DNA of 64,000 nucleotides from NCBI GenBank assembly GCA_000146465.1, contig CP001942.1; one strand, 5' to 3'. Shown piece by piece: positions 56,983 to 64,000 of this stretch (position 1 is its first letter; each line of letters starts with the position of its first letter). The notes under the pieces were generated by a model. It saw only the letters and a program-made list of their open reading frames with translations, ran no database searches and was not told where the DNA came from. The position numbers and the translations under genes were made by a program.

Positions 56983-57561
56983 CTAGAACTTGAATTCCTT
57001 GGATATAATCTCTTCAATTTCCTTTTTGGACCTCTCAAGAGAATGAGTGTTGTCGATGACATAGTCGCAGTCTTTCTTGATAGAATCGAATTTTTCATAT
57101 AACTTCATTCTCCCCTTCACTTCATCCTCCCTGTTTTTGTTTTCCATCCTCTTCTTTAACCTCTCATAGGCAACATCTTTATCACAATCAATATACACAA
57201 CAACGAAGTTTGGGTAGTTCTTTCTACAATACATGACTCCATCATATTCCAAATCCATCAATATTGCCTTTTCAGAGACCTTCAGCTGGTCAGAACCTGT
57301 TCCATAGTAGTTTCCATTGTATTTGATATACTCCAAAAGTTCCTGTCTTTTTACCATCGACTCAAACTCTTCTGTTGTCACAAAAAAATAATCCTTTCCA
57401 TTCACCTCTCCTTTTCTCGGTTGCCTGGTTGTGTGTGACACCGAAAACCCAAAAGGAAACCTAGATAGAATGTGACTTATGATAGTGGACTTTCCGGATC
57501 CACTGGGCCCGGTGAGTACTAGATGTGCCTTATCCATGGGCACGAAAAAAACCGAGAACAA
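56983..57561 (-). CDS. GUK1: Guanylate kinase
   Basis: The P-loop 'LTGPSGSGKSTI' and 'SHTTRQPRKGEVNGKDYFFV' form the GMP-binding GK signature. Confidence 0.8.
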   Translation of the reverse strand: MFSVFFVPMDKAHLVLTGPSGSGKSTIISHILSRFPFGFSVSHTTRQPRKGEVNGKDYFFVTTEEFESMVKRQELLEYIKYNGNYYGTGSDQLKVSEKAILMDLEYDGVMYCRKNYPNFVVVYIDCDKDVAYERLKKRMENKNREDEVKGRMKLYEKFDSIKKDCDYVIDNTHSLERSKKEIEEIISKEFKF

Positions 57562-57596
57562 AAAATGGACTCAATAGATCTCCACAACTAATCCAT

Positions 57597-59963
<2,367 letters not shown>

Positions 59964-60155
59964 TTAGCCTGGGCTTTTTATAAACAAACTTCCACACATG
60001 AAGTTGTAGTCTTCTTCATACCTTCCAAAGCCCATGAAAAACCCCCTGGTCTTTCCAAGAACCAATGCAGTGTGACCACCCCCTCCAGACCGGTTATAGG
60101 TGTTTGGTCTGCTTTTTGATCCATCATAATATATGATTGGCTCTACCCTAAAGGA

Positions 60156-61877
60156 ATGGGATGGTATCCAAATCTTCTTTTGCTCTCGGCTTTGATTGTC
60201 TTACTTCCAGGATACATCTTCCTTGGGAGACTAGGAAAGTGCATACTCTATCTCCCTCTCAATAGCATTTCGTTTGTGATCTACTTTAGAATCAGAGCAT
60301 CCATTGGGAAGAGACATCTCAGTGTTGTTGTAAATGTGCTCTCAAGACTTGTGAAGTTTGGAGTTGGCGTCCTTTTGTCATACACAACATTGTCTCTGGG
60401 AGCAGCCAGATATACCCATGGGCCTTTGATTTTGGGAGCTCTTCTCCTATCAATAGACCTTGTCAGAGCATATCTCTACGAGTCATCGAAGAAGAGCTTT
60501 GAAAACAAGATACTCACGGGAAACTTCATGGACATTCTCAAGCTGGAGAAATACATTATATATTCTGTAGAAGGCCCTCAGACAGTGGACCTAAAGAGGA
60601 ACTTGTCTGTCGACGAATATTTCGATAGGGGCCGTCCAAAACCTGTAGATGCCAATGAGCTTTTTGACTTATGGAACGACCAAAATCCTTACGAAGACCA
60701 TGTTTCAGACAGCGATTTCACAGAAGGAAATGAAAGACTGAAGAAAAGGACCAGAAGAGAAAAGATAAAGATTGATCCAAAGACATACGAGTTCATCGAA
60801 GAAAAAAGGAGGTTGTCCTGGAACCTTCTGAATATACAGAAAGTAGTCCTTACTCCGGAAGAGAAAATGAGAGAGAGGTTATATGCAATGAATCCATTGG
60901 AAATGATACCTAGTCCAGACTGCCAACCAGATGTTGAGAGGAAAGACGTTGATGGAGAAGAATGGAAGTTTCTTGAACTAGACAAGAAGAGGGCTAAGAA
61001 GATGCCTGCAAGGCCGGGGTTGATAACAGTCGAGTCTCTCAGCGTGCATTTTGGAGAGAGCCATGCAAAGGAAGCGTATTCGTTGATTGCTTTCAAAAGA
61101 GGAGAAAGGATTAATCATGAAATCTTCAAGGAAAATGCTAGGCAAATAAATGTAGAAAGAAACAACCTATACAGAACGATCATGGACAACAAGAAACTAC
61201 TGAGGGTTATATGGTTTATTCTGGCACTCCTCGAAAGTATAGTTGGATACTTGATCACTGCGGTATTCTTCAGGACCAAGCCATTGCTGTTGGAGCTGAT
61301 CTTTCCGATGGTAGTTGTTCCGGCCCTTCCGATGATCAAGATGACGGTGGAGTCATTTCTGTTTATTATATACACCCACCCATACGATCCCGGAGACAGG
61401 GTTCATATAGACGGAGAAAATATGGTTGTCCGGAGGATCTCTTTATTTAGTACTGTGCTTGAGAGTTGGGACGGAATGGAAATAATAATTCCAAATATTG
61501 TTATAAGGAAGAAAGCGATTTTGAACATAAGAAGATCGAAACAGCAGCAATGGAAGCTCTCGATGCTTATATCATCAAAGACGTCGGAAAGAAAGATCGA
61601 ATTGTTGAGAGAGGCAATCAAGAGGTTTGTAAGGAGCGACAAGTCCTATATTACTGTAAGTGTAAGCATCTCGGAAATAGTCGATTGTAATCACTTGAGG
61701 CTAACGGTGATTGTAAAGCATTCCATAAACTTTCAAAGTGGATTCTTTATGTGGACAAGCCATACCAAGTTTGTAAACATGCTTCTAGCTATTCTGTGCA
61801 AACTTGACATCAGGTTCATTCCACTCACCAAAGAGATTATGAATCTAGGGCCTACCTATGAACAAGGCATCTCATAA
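60156..61877 (+). CDS. MscS-like mechanosensitive ion channel, second paralogue
   Basis: The TM helices 'FILALLESIVGYLITAVFF' and 'IFPMVVVPALPMI' precede the MscS motif 'LFIIYTHPYDPGDRVHIDGENMVVRRISLFSTVLESWDG'. Confidence 0.65.
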   Translation: MGWYPNLLLLSALIVLLPGYIFLGRLGKCILYLPLNSISFVIYFRIRASIGKRHLSVVVNVLSRLVKFGVGVLLSYTTLSLGAARYTHGPLILGALLLSIDLVRAYLYESSKKSFENKILTGNFMDILKLEKYIIYSVEGPQTVDLKRNLSVDEYFDRGRPKPVDANELFDLWNDQNPYEDHVSDSDFTEGNERLKKRTRREKIKIDPKTYEFIEEKRRLSWNLLNIQKVVLTPEEKMRERLYAMNPLEMIPSPDCQPDVERKDVDGEEWKFLELDKKRAKKMPARPGLITVESLSVHFGESHAKEAYSLIAFKRGERINHEIFKENARQINVERNNLYRTIMDNKKLLRVIWFILALLESIVGYLITAVFFRTKPLLLELIFPMVVVPALPMIKMTVESFLFIIYTHPYDPGDRVHIDGENMVVRRISLFSTVLESWDGMEIIIPNIVIRKKAILNIRRSKQQQWKLSMLISSKTSERKIELLREAIKRFVRSDKSYITVSVSISEIVDCNHLRLTVIVKHSINFQSGFFMWTSHTKFVNMLLAILCKLDIRFIPLTKEIMNLGPTYEQGIS

Positions 61878-62014
61878 AAGTGGAAGATTTTTGAAGTGTC
61901 CAAAAATGTTAATCTGAAACGGAGCCTTCTCGAAGAATGGGATGATTCGATTTGTCAACTTCAGGTCATCAAGATGTTTTGAAAGAAAATAAAACCCATT
62001 GAAACAAACCCTAA

Positions 62015-64000
62015 ATGGAAGAGTTTTCGACGACCAGCAACAGAAGAGAGAAACTATCGAAACCTCTTCTGCCCGAGGATATTCCAAAGAGAGTGGATGA
62101 ACCCCAGCTCAAGATCCACGAAAGGAGTGTGGAGGAATTCCAGGACATTTTGGATATCGAGCCGAAGGAGGGGCTTTTTTTTTATATAAGGATTCCTGGA
62201 TTAATCTTTGTAGGGTCTGTTGTAGGTTATATAATAGGGAAGATGGGATTTAGCATTGTCAATTTGTTTTTTGTTGGATATGTGATTTTCTTCATATATA
62301 ATCGAAAGGTTGAAAGATTCACTCGGAGTCTTAAATCGCTTGTGTATCATAGTGCAAGGAGGGAGAAGGCCCGAAACAATGGAGAGACTGTTGAATGGTT
62401 GAACTATGCTCTTAAAAAGTTCTGGGAAGTTGCTGAGCCTGTTATATCTGCAGAGGTGTACCAACAGGTCAACAATGAACTCCTCAAGGTTTCTCCGCCC
62501 TTTCTTAATGGACTAAGGTTAATTGAATTCACCCTTGGAAGCCGTTCACCGTTTATAGAGGGCATATCCTACATAAGCATGGACGGAAATACTCTTGCAA
62601 TAGAAGTGGAGGTAGCTTTTGTGCCTCTGGAAATAAGCAGGGATGTAGTCAACTACCTGGAGAACGATAGTAAAAATTGGAACTCTAAGATTCAGCTGTC
62701 GGCCCGGGTTGGAACAAGAAATGGAATAGGAATCAACCTTCCAATTCTTGTCAAAGAGCTGTTTTTCAAAGGGAGGGTCAGAATTGTTGCCAACCTATTT
62801 TCGAAGAACATGTTTGTCAAAGACGTAGAGATTTGTTTGATGGACAGCCCGGAGTTTGACTTTACTCTTGTCCCCTTGAAGATGGTGGACATAATGGATG
62901 TTCCTGGACTCAGCAGATGGATAAGAAGTATAATCAACTCCTCGTTGGCTACAACTGTTATTAATCCAAACTCAATGACCATCGACGTGGATAGGATCTC
63001 AAAAGACAAGGGAAAGATTATTGGAGTTGTGTGTCTTCAGATACTCAATCTAGAAAACGAGGACGACGAAAGATTGACTGTGGAAATAGACGTGGATGGC
63101 AGAGTTGGATACCAAACGAGATATGGAGAGGGGAAAGGGATTGTTTACAATGAGCATTTCTATATGCCTATTGAAAATGTTGACTCAAGAATTGGATTAT
63201 CTCTAAGAAGCGAATCAAGAAAGACCAGGAGAAGGAACGGGTCGATATTCTTGAAGAACCTTCCTCTGGATAAGATTGAGGAGTCTGTGGACAATGAATG
63301 GTATGAGCCAAGGAGAACCTTTTTCTGTTCGACAAGGTTAGTTAAGGATGAACAGACATATTCTTTTGTGAACACGAACTTGCAGTTTTACCCGATACAG
63401 AAGGAAAGGAGTAACAGTGGAATTGTCAAGATGACACTTGTAGGAATTGAGGATCTTCGAGGAAACAAGGCCTCTAAGGCATATACATATTCTACATTCT
63501 GTACAGTAATTGTATCACCTATCAACCGAGAAGAATCCAGCATTCCAATAGGCTTTATCGAAAACACAGTTAGTGCAACGGCAATGATGATGAGTGGAAT
63601 TGTCAAGACAACAGGGAATATGATCTCAAACATTATTCCCGGAATCGAGACGACCACAACGAGGCTTCTACCTTCGTCGAAGAACACTTTCTATGTATTT
63701 GAGTCGAAGAGGATATTCGGGACAAACTCGCCTATTTACAACGAAAGCTTCACATTCTTTTGCAGAGATATCCAAGTTGATGTGGTGTCCATCTGCGTGA
63801 TGAATGACAAGACAAGTGAAGTGATAGGAAGAGTGTCGATTCCTGTGAGAGATATCCATTTCAACAAAAAAGAGAAGTATAAACTGAACGACGCTCACAG
63901 TGGCCGAATGGAGCTTTCATTCACGATTGATTATGTGGACATGGTTGATAAAGAGATAGGATTTGTAGACTACGAGAGGATGTTGAAGATCTCTGTGGAT
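62015..64000 (+). CDS. Tricalbin/extended-synaptotagmin-like protein (TM hairpin + SMP + C2), 3'-truncated by window edge
   Basis: The ATG at 62015 is preceded by an in-frame TAA, and a hand translation stays open to nt 64000. The ORF track lists no terminated + ORF here. A hydrophobic hairpin is followed by the SMP-like 'ETVEWLNYALKKFWEVAEPVIS' (cf. tricalbin 'VEWLN.FL.KFW') and downstream C2-like segments. Confidence 0.6.
   Translation, partial: MEEFSTTSNRREKLSKPLLPEDIPKRVDEPQLKIHERSVEEFQDILDIEPKEGLFFYIRIPGLIFVGSVVGYIIGKMGFSIVNLFFVGYVIFFIYNRKVERFTRSLKSLVYHSARREKARNNGETVEWLNYALKKFWEVAEPVISAEVYQQVNNELLKVSPPFLNGLRLIEFTLGSRSPFIEGISYISMDGNTLAIEVEVAFVPLEISRDVVNYLENDSKNWNSKIQLSARVGTRNGIGINLPILVKELFFKGRVRIVANLFSKNMFVKDVEICLMDSPEFDFTLVPLKMVDIMDVPGLSRWIRSIINSSLATTVINPNSMTIDVDRISKDKGKIIGVVCLQILNLENEDDERLTVEIDVDGRVGYQTRYGEGKGIVYNEHFYMPIENVDSRIGLSLRSESRKTRRRNGSIFLKNLPLDKIEESVDNEWYEPRRTFFCSTRLVKDEQTYSFVNTNLQFYPIQKERSNSGIVKMTLVGIEDLRGNKASKAYTYSTFCTVIVSPINREESSIPIGFIENTVSATAMMMSGIVKTTGNMISNIIPGIETTTTRLLPSSKNTFYVFESKRIFGTNSPIYNESFTFFCRDIQVDVVSICVMNDKTSEVIGRVSIPVRDIHFNKKEKYKLNDAHSGRMELSFTIDYVDMVDKEIGFVDYERMLKISVD

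Overview
This window reads as a hyper-compact, apparently intron-free eukaryotic nuclear region, most consistent with a microsporidian, possibly Encephalitozoon-like. About 60 protein genes are packed on both strands. Intergenic spacers are often 3-60 bp, and some neighbours overlap. The gene set includes thymidine kinase and uridine kinase, a trehalose-6-phosphate synthase plus a synthase/phosphatase fusion, and two MscS-like channels. Further confident calls are SMC2, XPB/SSL2, CDC48, RtcB, a subtilisin, dynamin, EB1, UBC9, UBC7, RBX1, an Hrd1-like RING E3 and ribosomal protein S12e. One tRNA-Ser(AGA) is present. No CRISPR arrays, rRNA genes, transposons or prokaryotic systems were seen. Both window edges cut genes: a uridine kinase at the 5' end and a tricalbin-like SMP/C2 protein at the 3' end. 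The most interesting unexplained content is a 1256-aa ORF of unknown function. Next are two Cys-rich, basic, signal-peptide proteins that could be spore-wall or polar-tube components. A tandem pair of paralogous Myb genes is separated by a single in-frame TAG. Several small membrane-anchored ORFs have no obvious homologues, and a few intergenic gaps are unusually long for this genome. All homology calls are from motif recall without any search and need confirmation.
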